Origin: Octopus sinensis
Lineage: Eukaryota
Assembly: GCF_006345805.1 (NCBI RefSeq)
Contig: NC_043007.1
Coordinates: 17,050,001 to 17,114,000 of the forward strand
Length of the DNA stretch: 64,000 bases
Reading direction: 5' to 3'
Each line of letters opens with the position of its first letter. Position 1 is the first letter of the stretch. Below the pieces are notes generated by a model that saw only the letters and a program-made list of their open reading frames with translations, ran no database searches and had not been told where the DNA came from. Positions 51,199 to 64,000 of this stretch are shown one piece after another. A program made the translations under genes and the position numbers.

Positions 51199-54100
51199 AT
51201 CTTTTATCTTTCACTTGTTTCAGTCAGATTGTGGCCATGCTAGGGCACTGCCTTGAATTTTTAGAAGTGAATCTACCCCAGTACATTTTTTTTTTTAAGC
51301 CTGGTACTTTGCTGAACTGCTAAGTTACAAGAACACAAACACACCAACACTGTATCAGTGTTTGTCCCCTACAACTACTTGACATTCAAATACACACGCA
51401 CCCATATATATGACAGGCTTCTTGCAGTTTCCCCCTACCAAATCCATTCACACGGCTTTGGTCAGCATGAGGCTTTAGCAGAAGACACTTGCCCAAGGTG
51501 CCATGCAGTGGGACTGAACCTGGAACCATGTGCTTGGGAAGCAAACTTCTTACCACACAGCTTTGCCTGTGCTTTTATCTTTAATCTGTTTTAGTCATTG
51601 GACTGCAGTCATGCGGGGACACTACCTTGAAGGGTTTAGTTGAACAAATCAACTCCAGTACTTATTTTTAAGTTTGCTACTTTTTGTCAGTTTCTTTTGT
51701 TGAACTGCTAAGTTATGGGGCTCTAAACAAACCAACACTGTTTGTTAACCAGTCTTGGGGGATAGATGCACACACACACGCACACACACACACACACTTA
51801 TACATGCAACAGGGTTCCTTCCAGTTTCTGTCAAGTAAATTCACACACAAAGGCATTTGTTGCACCAGGGCTATAGCAGAAGACATCTGTCCAAGGTGCC
51901 ACACAATGCGATTGAACTCAAAACCATGTGGTTGCAAAGCAAGCTTCTTAACCACACAACCATACCTGCACCTAAATGCATACTTTAAATCATTATTGTT
52001 ATTATAATTCGCAGTAATTGAACAAAATTCAGTGCAGAATTTAGCTGCATTTATTTGTGTAGAACTTGTCTGAGTTGACTTTATCATTCGTATTTCCAAG
52101 GTTGATAAAATAAACACCATTCAAGTGTTGTACATAATCTAATTTGATTACAACCTTAAATTAAAATTTGTTGTCATGTACCTATGTTAGAAATTAATAT
52201 TAAGGTGGTGAGCTAGCAAAATTGTTACTGCACCAGGCAAAATGCTTAGTGATATTTTGTCCATCTTTATGTTCCAAGTTCAAATTCTGCTGAGGTCGAT
52301 TTTTGCCTTTCATCCTTCCGGGATTGATAAACTAAGTACCAATTGAACATAAGTGGGGGGGGGGGGGGTTCGATGTAATCAACTTAAATCCTCCCCTAAA
52401 ATTGTTGGCCTTGTTCCAAAATTTTAAGCCATTATTATTATTATTATTATTATTACTATTATTATTATTATTACCATCATCATCATCATCATTAAGGTAG
52501 CAAGCTTGCAGAAATGTTGCCGTATCAGACAAAATGCTAAGCAGTATCTCTTCCTGCACTTTGTTCTAAGTTTAAATTCTGCTAAAGATGACTTTGCCTT
52601 TCATCCTTTCAGGATTGATAAAATAAAGTACCAGCAAAGTACTGAGGTCAATGTAATAGACTTGCCCTCTGCCTTGAAAATTGCTGGCCTTGTACCAAAA
52701 TTAGAAAGAATTATTGTTATGAAGACTGCAAACTGGTAGAATCATTAGCACATTGAGCAAAATACTTTGCAGTATTTTTACTGCCTCTTTACATTCTGAG
52801 TTCAAATTCTACCAAAGCTGACTCTGCCTCTCATTTGTGGTCAATAAAACAAGTACCAGTTGAGCACTGGGGGTCAATGTAATCGGGCCTTGTGCCTATA
52901 GTAGAAAGAATTATTATTAAGGTGGCAAGCTGGCTAAATCGTTAGCATGCTGGACAAAATGCTTAGTAGCAGTTTCTCTATCTGCATGTTCTCAGTTCAA
53001 ATTCTACTGAGATCGACATTGCCTTTCATCCTTTTGGATTCAGGAAATAAGTAATCAACTAGCCCCCTCCCCTCAAATTTCAGGCCTTGTACTTATAGTA
53101 AAAAGGATTATTCTTATTTTATACAAGAGTGGCAGAAATGCTAAGGAACATATATTGTTTTAAATGTGTTTGTATTATAGCACTTTGTTTTGAGTTAAAA
53201 CTTCTGTGAGTTTGACATTGTGTTTTATCCTGCTAGCTGGAGGAAATAAATACCAGTATAGGCATTCCAACTATGACCATCCCATCTTCTGTTGGTTATT
53301 GCATATCTTGAACTACATTGTTATATATGCAATGTTATTACCTATTCAAATACATATCACTGCTTAACGCTCCTACTTCGTAATTGCTAGCTATGTACAG
53401 ATGTTGTTGATTCAATCTCTATACTCCCACCCTTACAATTTTGAAACCTTGCATCAAAGTTAGTAATTATAATGCAATTAGTATGACTAACAAATCTACC
53501 CATCTACGATGGAGGCATAAAATGAGGGAGGGAAGTCATAACAGCAGTATGTATTGAGAAATGTGTAAATGGACTTGATAGATTACTGGGTGATGTCTTA
53601 GAGAAATCACATTACTGTTGGTGATACAGCATTCTTTTGCAGCTATATGACATGTGTTTGCGACTAAGTGATATGTGATGACGATTCACTCCCGAACTGA
53701 AATAGGCTCCAACCTCTGTATCATGAATGGTTATGTGAACCTCTCCTAACGAAAGTCAGATCTTCCTTCAGCCACTACATAAAAAGTATTAAGAAAAAAA
53801 ATGTTATTTAGATAGACTTTTATTTTAGTTGTTTACACTATTTTATGCTGTTTATACTCTTATAGATTCAAAGTTCACAAATTTTCTTATTTAAATTATA
53901 AATCATATTCCTTTCGATAATATCAATATGATTACAAAACTACTTTGTAGACGATATTTTCTGTTTGGTCAACACTAGTTTTCAAATTGCTTGAGTCTGT
54001 TACTCTACTCATAGCAACGTATAATTGGCCATGTGTAAACATTGGAATGGGTAAAAAATATACCTACACGATCTAAAGCCTGGCTCTGTGCCTTGTTTGC

Positions 54101-56533
54101 TGTGAATGCATAAGCAGAATTTTTAGGAATCTGCCCATCTATGATGGGAAATAAAGGGATAATATTGCAAATCTAAACCCTCTATATTCATGAACTATAC
54201 AGGGGGGAGATCCAGAGTTAATCCTCGTCACCAGAATTTTAACCAAAAAAATTTTCACTTTTTTTCCTGATTTTGCCCTTCATAATCCCAAAAAACATTG
54301 TACCCTTAGTCACTTTAGTGACGTCACTATTTCTGCCTCTTGGTTGTAAATTGCAAATGAGTCACCTTTACTATATATATATGTGTATATATATTTATAT
54401 TTTGTGTGTATGTGTGTGTATATATTTAAGAGTGAATATTATTGAACACATAATTTTCATATTCCTTGCTTTAATAGTAAAGATACTGAATTTAGATCAT
54501 CTATATAGATTGTTGTCATTGGTTTCATAAAACTAATAATTTAGACCATGTATGTAACTCATAGTCTGGTTTCATGACAATTTTACCGAACTAGACCATC
54601 TGTGTAAAATAGAGTTTGATAAAGTTATTGTCTGTGTGACTCATTTTATATTGCAATATTTATCAGGAGTTTGGTCATGTTCAACTTGGTTTAAATTATC
54701 CTTTGATTTAATGCATCTCCATAAAAGTGATTGCTAGATATTGATTTCTAACATAGGCATATGGTCTTAAATTTGGAGAGGTATACTTGTTCGATTGCAT
54801 CACTCTTCTCCCCTGGTACTTAGTCAGAAGGATGAAAGACGAAGTTGATCCCATTAGGATTTGAACTCTGAATGTACAGGACCATAGCTATCACAAGGCA
54901 TTTTATCTGTTGCTTTGTTTTCTGGCTGTTTACTGCTATATCATTGCTAGATATTAAAAGCAGTTTAACTTGTCATATTAAGAAATAGGTTAACTTGTAA
55001 TATTAAAAGTATTTAACCCAACTCTGTCATTTATCAACAGCCTTTCCCTCTGTCTTGCTTATTTAAAAAATATCTTATTAGTATCACATATATTCTGTAA
55101 TATTTTTTTCCCCTCCGTAACACTTTTCTAATGTTACATTTTTAATTCTTGATGGACAGACAATATCTTGTAAAATTAGGACGCTGACATGTTAGGAATG
55201 GCAAATAAAAATCTATTGCTACTTCACGCACATATTGATTTTTTTTCTAACTACGAAAAGTCACTATTATACAGTATTATGTAAATCAACATGTTTACTT
55301 TAACTAATTGCTACTAGTCTTCATGAGTAAATGTGTTATTTGTTGTTTTGTAAAGATGCTACATATAATTTGATATCGGAATACGAATCAAATGCAATTT
55401 CAAAAATACAGTATCAATTGCAATCTATCTATGGTGGTCTCTAATCACTAATCTTATTTGATTTTTTTTTTTTTTTCCCCATTGAAAATCATACTAGGTC
55501 ATGCACTGAGTGAATTGGTGGTTGGTTCATGGTTGTAGATCATAGAAACTGTACTTTTTTTTACTAAGGATAGATATTCTTTTAGACTACAGAGAATACA
55601 AAATAGCCGAGTGAAACTATTTGAGATACAAGTATGATCCAAAGTTACTGGAGGTGAACATGGCTTGAATTCCAACTGTAAATTTGCAGTAGAATCCTTC
55701 TGATCATTTATATATATATATATATGATCCCGAGCGTTATACTAATACATCTGTTTGTTGTCTACACCACCTATCTTCGTCTTTTGTTTTTTTGTGAATT
55801 CTCCCCCTATATATATATATTTGTTCTGACACTCTGAACTATGAGTTCAAATTTTGCTGATGTCAACTTTATATTTCATCCTTTGAGGATCAATGAAAGA
55901 GTGCCAATCTAAGGCAGTGGATTGGTGGATCTGTTAGAGGGTCTTGCAGTATCTAGTCCAACTCTTTGTATTGTAACATCACCACTTGTAATGGCATTGG
56001 TATCAAACTGTATTGGCTCAAGTCATTAACCTTTTCTTCAGTAAACATCAGTGTTATGGAGAGGGAAGATTCGTAAGCATGGGCAATTGCCAGTCTTCCT
56101 CATGTGTTGATGACTATATACTGGGTGTTTGGGCTAAATTTGACAGATTGCATAAAAAGAAAGGAAAACAATATCTCATCCAAAAATAATGTATTTGAAA
56201 AAATAAAAAAATAACAACTAGATTATGAGTGGGAGATAAAAGTTCCAAGTGGCTGTCCTCAGCTTCCACCAGAGCCTCAAGTTGGCTCTGGAACTTGGTG
56301 CATGCATTCCTTACTGTGTCCCTAGGAAGATCTTTGAACATCTCCTTGATCTTGGCCACTTACTCTGCCTTGATGTTGTAGGCAGAGCAGTTGATGTCTT
56401 TCTCAAGCATGCCCCATACATAGTATAAATATAAATATAAATATATATATAGTATGAGATTACAATTGGGGAATTAGGAGACCAGAATTTGGGGCTGGTG
56501 AAGTCATAGAAATTCTCCGACAACCACTTCTAA

Positions 56534-56992
56534 TATTATTTACATTTGATGGATATTTGTCCTCATCTTGTTTGTTGTTAACATTTTGGCTGATATACCC
56601 TCCAGCCTTCATCAGGTGTCTTGGGGGGAAATTTCAAACCTGGGTTCTCATTCCTAAAATATTTTTCAGGCATATGGCATAGTGGTTAAGAGCGCAGGCT
56701 ACTAACCCCAAGATTCCGAGTTTAATTCCAGGCAGTTATCTGAATAATAATAATATTAATAACATCAAAAAATACCTTAGAAATAAGAACCCAGGTTCGA
56801 AATTTCCCCAAGACACCTGATGAAAGCGGAAGGGTATATCAGCTGAAACATTGTGTTAACAACAAACAAAATGAGGACAACGTAAAGTATACTAGCCATC
56901 TCAATATGGCTAACCACTGTGTTACTGTAGCTTGTATCTGTCAAATGTAAATAATGTACATAATTCCTCATCTCTTAAATATAGAACTGAAT
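56534..56992 (+). mobile_element. tRNA-headed SINE with hammerhead-bearing tail and inverted 5' duplication of that tail
   Basis: tRNA-like head 56669-56735 (A box TGGCATAGTGG 56675-56685; decayed B box GTTTAATTCC 56720-56729), an (ATA)n spacer, then a tail with GACAC-CTGATGA...GAAAC..GTGTT. 56534-56666 is the reverse complement of about 56765-56954, except for a ~55-nt insert in the right arm. Flanked by CACTTCTAA at 56525-56533 and 56993-57001. Confidence 0.8.
56812..56857 (+). ncRNA. Decayed minimal type I hammerhead ribozyme
   Basis: GACAC-CTGATGA-A-AGCGG(aagggtatat)CAGCT-GAA-ACAT-T-GTGTT. The inverted arm (56576-56620, minus strand) preserves a perfect stem II GGCTG/CAGCC but has lost GAAA. 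The ACGT palindrome is inferred from ACAT (CpG decay). Confidence 0.65.
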
Positions 56993-57599
56993 CACTTCTA
57001 ACTCTTTCCAGGGGTGTGGCAAGGAGCCAAACATATGGCCTTTTAAAAGCAACCCTCTCTAGTCAGGGATTGACCACAGTCTTCAGCAGCTTCACATAAC
57101 TGTCTGAATTGCACTTAAGGCCCTGTTCAAAGATGTGAGGCAGCTTGACGTCACTGTCACTAGAGACACACCCAAAGGTCATAAGGTTTTGGTGAACTTG
57201 TTTTCCATATCTGTGTCAAATCCAATAGACTTTAGTGTTTACAGAGCATTGGGCAGCAGTCATGACATTGATATTTTGATATTTAGCCCAAATCATCATG
57301 ATGTAGATAAATCTTTTCCAGTATTCAGATGGCTTCTAGTCCTCCATGTTGGCTAACTTTTTCTCAACTATAACTTCAATTTTTATGTTCTCCAGCAACA
57401 TTGAATGTTCACCAGTACATCAAGCTGTTTCTGAAAAAAGAATGCATAAAAGTAAACTCATCAGATTTAACCTGAACACCCTGTGTGTATATATATATCT
57501 ATATATAATAATAATAATAATAATAATATTAGGGAGTAAATCCAAACTTACAGGGAAAAATTAGATTTAGGATTAAATCTAATTTTATAGTATAAATAT

Positions 57600-57859
57600 A
57601 TATATATTAAATTAGAGATAAAACCACTATTAGGCGAATCAAACAGTGAAAATCATAAACCAATACATAGAAATAGAATTAATTAATAAAAAATATATAA
57701 AATTTAAAAATTATTAATTTAAATAATTTTTAAAATTTTAACTTTAATTTAAATATTTTAAATTTTGAGTTTTATATATTTTTATTAATTAATTTTATTT
57801 CTATGCATTGGTTTATGATTTTCACTGCTTGATTTGCCTAATAGTGGTCTTATCTCTAA

Positions 57860-57870
<11 letters not shown>
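57600..57870. repeat. Fold-back element, ~100-bp arms, bounded by (TA)n
   Basis: AAATTAGAGATAAAACCACTATTAGGC...CATAGAAATA versus TATTTCTATG...GCCTAATAGTGGTCTTATCTCTAATTT. Confidence 0.8.
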
Positions 57871-57912
<42 letters not shown>

Positions 57913-59285
57913 TATATATAGTATGTCCTTGTGTCTACAGTTGGATGTACAACTGCTACTGGAAAGTTAAGAGCTCTTTATGGAACATCATCATCCAATC
58001 TGCTTCCAGTGTAGTGGTGTGGTTACTACTGTACTTAGCACTATTACTGGTTGTGATATACAGAGGAAATGTTTGAGAAATTATGATCAACACATGTTTG
58101 GATCATTTGTTCTTTACATATGTTTCACCATTGTGGCTATTTGCAATATCTGCATTGGATGTTGAACCATAACAGATCAACAAGGGAACACTTTATTGCA
58201 TTAGGTTACACAAATCAAATACCTGTGTGTGTGTGTGTTATGTACAAAATATTTCAACAAACATGGATTTGAATTCTGGAATGGCTGTGGAACTAGGTAA
58301 GGGAAATGTTAACATTTTTGATTGTAAAAATGATTTTTTATTTCTCTCCTAACTGAATCTGTCACAGGTTTGGCAAAATGTTGATGACATTTTCCAAGAA
58401 TGTCAGTGTAGAACATGGAAGTTTTGTAGTAGCTGGAGAGGGATGAAGCTGTTTCTAATCCAGTGGAATGATAAAGGATTAATGTGAATTTGAGAGGAGG
58501 ATTAAGGGCAAGGCAGCATTAAGGGAAGCAGAACAATAGAAGAATCAGCTAATATGTGTAAAGGTGATAGTAGTGTCGCTGGTGTAGAATTAAAACAGAA
58601 TGTTGATAAACTTAAAATCAGAGATGGCTAAAAAAGAAATATAGGTGTTAGCTGGAAGTTGTCTCATAATGGCAGAGAGAGAGAGAGAGAGTGTGTATGT
58701 GTGCGTGTATATACTCAAGTTTTTTCTTGTTTTTTTATTTCTCCTGTTTTCTGTTGAGAAATTCTTATTGAAGGGTGAAAAAATGGAGAGAGAGAAAAGA
58801 GCATACATATTTTTTCATGATTCGTTTATTATCAATAGAGTAGTCAGGTATGGTTTCATTTTGCCTTTAAGGCTCATCTTAAGATTTTAAAGTTAGTCCT
58901 TCTAAAGTCATTTAAGAATTAAAATTAAAGGTGATCAATTTCTTTTCTCTTCATGGTAGAGACCGGATGAGTGAGAGAGACTGAAAAAAAACCCCTTCTT
59001 GCATGTTATTTTGCTTTGCCTTTTTCACCCACCCCCTAGTTTTTCTTATTAAGGCTCCAGTGTGTTTGCCCTGCATGATGGCCTTCTGTGTAGTCATATT
59101 TACATGTTTTTGCTACAGGTCTATGCAGACCCTTAGTGTTTTTTATGGGGGCAAATTAATTTCTGGCTTTTCTTTTTTCCTTCATTCCATGAAACGATTT
59201 ATTTTGAAGAAAAAAAATCCAAAAAACTTAGAGGTTTATTCCAGCTGATAACAAACTTGTAGCTGTCAGCCTCTGGTAGTAAACA

Positions 59286-59624
59286 CAGGCATACCTCAAC
59301 TTATGTTGTTTCAAGTTACATCTTTTTCAACTTCACATATTTTTTCTTTTTTTAAAAATTATTAATAAAAAAAAAATACACCAACTTGAGTCAATTTATC
59401 TGACTTTACATTAGTCTCTGCAAACATATTTAAAAGCATAAAAATGTTTTTTAAAAAAGTACTTAAATACTACTACGGAAGTTGAAAACCAAGTAGAATG
59501 CATATGAAAATGTGTAAAAACCATTTATTAAAACCGACATAAGCTAATAAAGTTTTGAAAATGTTTTTACATAATGTTGTTTTTCGATTTAAGTCAATTA
59601 CAGACGTAAGTTGAGGTATGCTTG
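59286..59624. mobile_element. pogo/Tigger-like MITE
   Basis: Terminal inverted repeats CAGGCATACCTCAACTTATGT / ACGTAAGTTGAGGTATGCTTG. No clean TA duplication is visible. Confidence 0.55.
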
Positions 59625-62600
59625 CATGTCTGTATCATTAACTCACTAAATGCACAAGGTGTCTTCTACTTCACCTCGTTAGCAGCTTGTCATTGCATTA
59701 TCCACTAATGAAGAACTCTCAATCATTAGTCGCATTTAAAAATTCAAAAATAAGAATTTTAAAAAATTAGTCAGAAATCATGAGTTCTTTTGAAATTGTA
59801 GTTGTGATACTTGTTGAATTAACATTTAAGCTGCGAATGGGTGGTGGTGGTGGGGATCTCTTCATTACCCCCAAGCAAGTTGGTTTTCATGTATCTTTCA
59901 TAAAAGGTAAAAAGCTGGAAAAAAAAAAAAATTCCATCTGTCATGACAAAGCAAATATATTAATTCATTACTTAGATACAGGTATTAACGTTATAGTATA
60001 TGGAGTTATTTCTGTTGAAAAAGACAGAATTTAAGAATATAATTTCATAAAATATAAGCAAAATACAAGCTGTCTGCAATAACCAGTATTAGCAGTGATA
60101 TCGCAGACATTTTCTATTTGGTATTCTTCATTCTACAAGCTTCAGTGAATCACAGAAAACTGTTGACATCAGTAACATATTGTGTATTTGTCTGCTACTA
60201 TGACCTTTTAATGCATCATTTCTTGCATAGAATCACAGAATTCTCTTCCCCTCACTTTCTGTCTCTCTTAGTTTAAGAGAGTCAGAGAGATAGACAGAGC
60301 ACTAAATACCTTCTTTGCTGTCTCCTGAGCCTCCTTATAAAATAATAAAAAAGTCAACAGCAAAATGTGTTTCTGGGATATGCTTTATGCTTTAATCTTA
60401 AAATGGAATCTCAAAACCTCGGTATTTATTAGATGACAAAATTCAATGCATAAACTATTTTATCTTTTGTATGCGTTTGTATGTATGTATGTATGTGTGT
60501 GTGTGGGGGGCAGTCGACTTCATTTTCCAACAGAAATCTTCTTTAATATATTACCAAAGACTTGATACAGGAAGTCTGTTTCATTTTCTTTTCTATCCTC
60601 AGATGACTTGTCTCAAAACTCTGAAAGATAAGAAATACCTTAAAAACTAGTGTATGATAGTTTTCTATGCAAGAATTCTTGTGATCTAAATGAAAATCTC
60701 TCAGTTCATTTGTAGGTAATAGAAATGCTTCGCAAAGTTCTTACAAATGCAGTATTCCTACTGTTTATTTATTCTTCTCATGTTTACCAAAGTCTGTTAT
60801 CTTTTATAATTTTGTTGCGCTTGAGAATTGTATCTTGGAGACAGTATCAGTTTTGGTTATGTGATCTCTCTTAACAGATCTTTTTATATACTTCCTGGCT
60901 TTGTTTTGTAATTAAAAAAAATAATTTAATTTATTAAAATAAATTTACATTTAAGAACATATTATGACTTATTGTGGGACCAACAAGTGAACCTGAAATT
61001 TACCAATTGACCTGTTAGAAATAGCAGCCAAATCTCCCTCAAAATACATCCTTAAAATTGTAGAACATATTGTGTAGTGTTGTCCTAGAAATATTGCTGG
61101 AATAAAAGATGGTGTCTCCACGGATAGACTGCCTTTGACCATATGTTTGCTCAGTCAAAGCTGAATTTAAACTGAACACCTTGGTGTGGAATGAATCTAG
61201 AGTAATACACCCCAAGTTTCTTAGCAAATAGCATATCATCATCATCATCGTTTAATGTCTGCTTTCCATGCTAGCATGGGTTGAAAGATTTGACTGAGGT
61301 CTGGTGAACCAGATGGCTGCACCAGGATCCAATCTGATTTGGCAGAGTTTCTACAGCTGGATGCCCTTCCTAATGCCAACCACTCCGAGAGTGTAGTGGG
61401 TGCTTTTACGTGCCACCGGCATGAGGGCCAGCCAAGCAGTATTTGCAACGGCCACGCTCAAATTGTGCTTTTTATGTGCCACCTGCACAGGAGCCAGTCC
61501 AGCGGCACTGGCAATGACCTCGCTCGAATGTTTTTTTTTACGTGCCACCAGCACAAGTGTCAGTAAGGCGATGCAGGTAATGCCGCCTTACTGGCACTTG
61601 TGCTGGTGGCACAATAGAAATACTAGTTTCAAGCTCAATTTCTTTACTAGTTTCTTTTAAATCTTGTAGTTTGTTAGGTCTAAGTTTAGTTTAACCATCA
61701 TAAGCAAGACCATACTGGAGCACTACCACTCTGATAAAACAAGATCTATGCTACAGTGACAATACTGCTTAACTTGCAAGTGGAGTTAATTTACTCATGA
61801 GCATTAGTTTAACATATGCTAAAGTATATCTTTAACAGTGGTCATTGTTTACCCTTGGGCAGATTTGATTTGGCAGACTAGTGATCAAAAGTGCTAAGCA
61901 TACTAGTATAACCATCCTTTCGTGAACTTCAGACATTGAATTATCTAGGATCACATTGCAAATGTGCTCACTGCCTCTTTTTTTTTTTTTTTGTTAAAAA
62001 GATGGCTGAATGTGATTTTCACATCCCACTGGCAGAGGAGCCAGACAGGCGGCACTGGCAACGGCCACGCTTGAATGGTGCTTTTTACATGCCACTGGCA
62101 CCGGGGAAGTCAGGCACCACTGGCAACGACCATGCTCAAATGGTGCCCACCATATTTTTTTTAATGTTTAGCATGGCCATGTGGTAATATTATAGAATGT
62201 GGAGACTTGCTCATCCTCACTATTTATTTCCTTTTATTCAGTTTGTTTCGAAGGAGATTTGGATACTATTTCTAGTAGATCAAGGGATAATATAGAGGTT
62301 CTGTTAACATTTCTATATAGGAGGTCTGAGGTCTGTTTTGTATTGATCATAATTGAAGAAAAAGAATAATTTTTGACTCAATATGACATAGAAATATTAT
62401 CTTGAACTTTTTTATACCAGAAAACAGATATAGCCACTCAAATTTTTTTAATCCTTAACTATAGAAAGCAGTTTTAGATACTAATCTATCTTTTGTTGAA
62501 GAATACCATGTCTGAAATTATTTTTTGTTGAGATATACCAAGTTTATTGAGGCAGTGTGACTTGCAGAAAATATCAATTCTATTTTTTTGGGCAGATATT

Positions 62601-62886
62601 TTGCATCATTACTGAAATGAGCTTGAAAATTAGTTTCACACTGTCCATTTTGTTGAAATTTTTAATGGGGAGTTAGTTAATAATTTGGCACAATTAAAAT
62701 GAATTTCTTGATTGCTTTTAGTTTAATTATGGGGGCAGGCATTGCTGTATAATTAGGAATCTCTCTTTGCAACCATGTGGTTTTGGGTTCAGTTCCACTC
62801 AGTGGCGCCTTGGGCAGTCTCTACTATAGGGTTGACCTGCGTAGTACCTTATTAGTGAATCTGATAAATGGAAACTGTGTAAAAGC

Positions 62887-62951
<65 letters not shown>

Positions 62952-64000
62952 TATATATGTGTGTCTTTGTGTCTGTTTTCTTGCCACTGTTTGGTAACCA
63001 GTGTTGGTTTGTTTTATACTCTTGTAACCTAGCAGTTTGACGAAAGAATGATAGAATAAGTTCCAAGCTTAACAAAGAAGTGAGAACTGGGATCAATCTA
63101 TTTGACTAAAAAAAAAAAAAAAAAATCTTCAAACCAGTATCCAAGTATGGTTGCAGTCCAAAAGAAACAGATAAAAACAAAAAAACAGCTTAACTGTTTC
63201 ATTCAAAGGCATCCCCATCATCCTTGATCTTGTTTTTAAAACAATCTTCAGTTGTTTATCCTATGTTAAAAACTTCTTGGGTATATCTCAATTTTCCTTG
63301 AGCTAACCACCTGACCGAATCATTAGAGAATCAAAATGCATGCAGTATTTAGTTCCAGCCTTTTACTTTCTGACTTCAGATCTTGCTGGGGTCATCTTTC
63401 CTTTTCAGCTTCTTGTAGTCAATAAAATAAAGTACCGATCCAGTATTGTGGTCAATTTATTATAGCTATAAAGCATCCAGGAGATGTGAATAGAATTAGG
63501 ATTGAAGACTCTAGGTCTTATTTATGGCACTGTTTTCTCTGTTACATTCCATATCACACAATCTGATTCTATCCAATCTTTCTTTCTCTCACAAACGGTA
63601 TTTTGTGGCTTCTGTTTTCTTTCAGATTTACATCGTATTTCTGGTAGAATATACATAATCAATTCATCTCTTTTTAGCAATTGCTGTCCTTCGTACAGAT
63701 TTGCATTTCTTAAGCATGCACTGATGTGCACGTATGCACACGCACAAACCCACCCACACATGCATGGCACCATGCACACACACCTATATATCATACAATC
63801 AGTCGTATGTATGTTGGGAATGTTTCTTTTGTTATTGATAAGAATTGAGTTCTCCAAGCTTATCCAGGAAGCCATTATAGATGCTACATAGCAATAACCC
63901 ATCGCAAATATTGAAGAATTGAGGCATTATATTGCTGCATGTAATGAATGTATATGGATTTGTTAACCCTTTTGTGATTTATGTTTCTATTGATTTTCAA

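Larger units (their letters stand above)
56119..57230 (-). mobile_element. Decayed Tc1/mariner (DD37D/maT-like) transposase fragment with one terminal repeat, interrupted by the hammerhead SINE
   Basis: Minus translations FGCVSSDSDVKLPHIFEQGLKCNSDSYVKLLKTVVNP*LERVAFKRPYVW (about 57030-57180) and SENFYDFTSPKFWSPNSP...AKIKEMFKDLPRDTVRNACTKFQSQLEALVEAE (about 56250-56520) resemble mariner DDD/E catalytic and C-terminal regions. The end begins TA|TACTGGGTG at 56119. The left boundary is approximate and the subfamily call is inference. Confidence 0.8.

Noticed and set aside
55569-55653. Exon-like frame IDILLDYREYKIAE*NYLRYKYDPKLLE with an in-frame TGA (selenocysteine idea); similar TGAs at about 53530-53700
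   Set aside because: No SECIS or selenoprotein motif is recognisable. An alternative stop-free frame with a good donor exists, and chance or decay explains it.

Overview
AT-rich, microsatellite-dense eukaryotic genomic DNA. Its repeat families look like those of an octopus genome (inference from repeat content). Most of the window is interspersed repeats: several tRNA-derived SINE families, 3' ends of an RTE-type LINE, piggyBac-like, Merlin/MULE-like and pogo-like MITEs, and a decayed Tc1/mariner transposase. The main feature is a near-full-length Penelope-like retroelement (PLE) at 47136-50805 (minus strand; reverse transcriptase plus C-terminal GIY-YIG). It is bounded by 239-bp inverted arms in which I found no mismatch, each carrying a type I hammerhead ribozyme. 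The same architecture (hammerhead tail plus inverted 5' copy of the tail) recurs in a non-coding tRNA-headed SINE at 56534-56992 with a 9-bp target-site duplication, which suggests a PLE-mobilised, ribozyme-bearing SINE. Further sequence-unrelated hammerhead-like motifs lie at about 9.6 kb and 36.95 kb, the latter a candidate U3-A8 compensatory variant, and there are several fold-back elements. A few plus-strand exon-like segments hint at an unidentified host gene, but I cannot name it. No CRISPR array or rRNA was seen.
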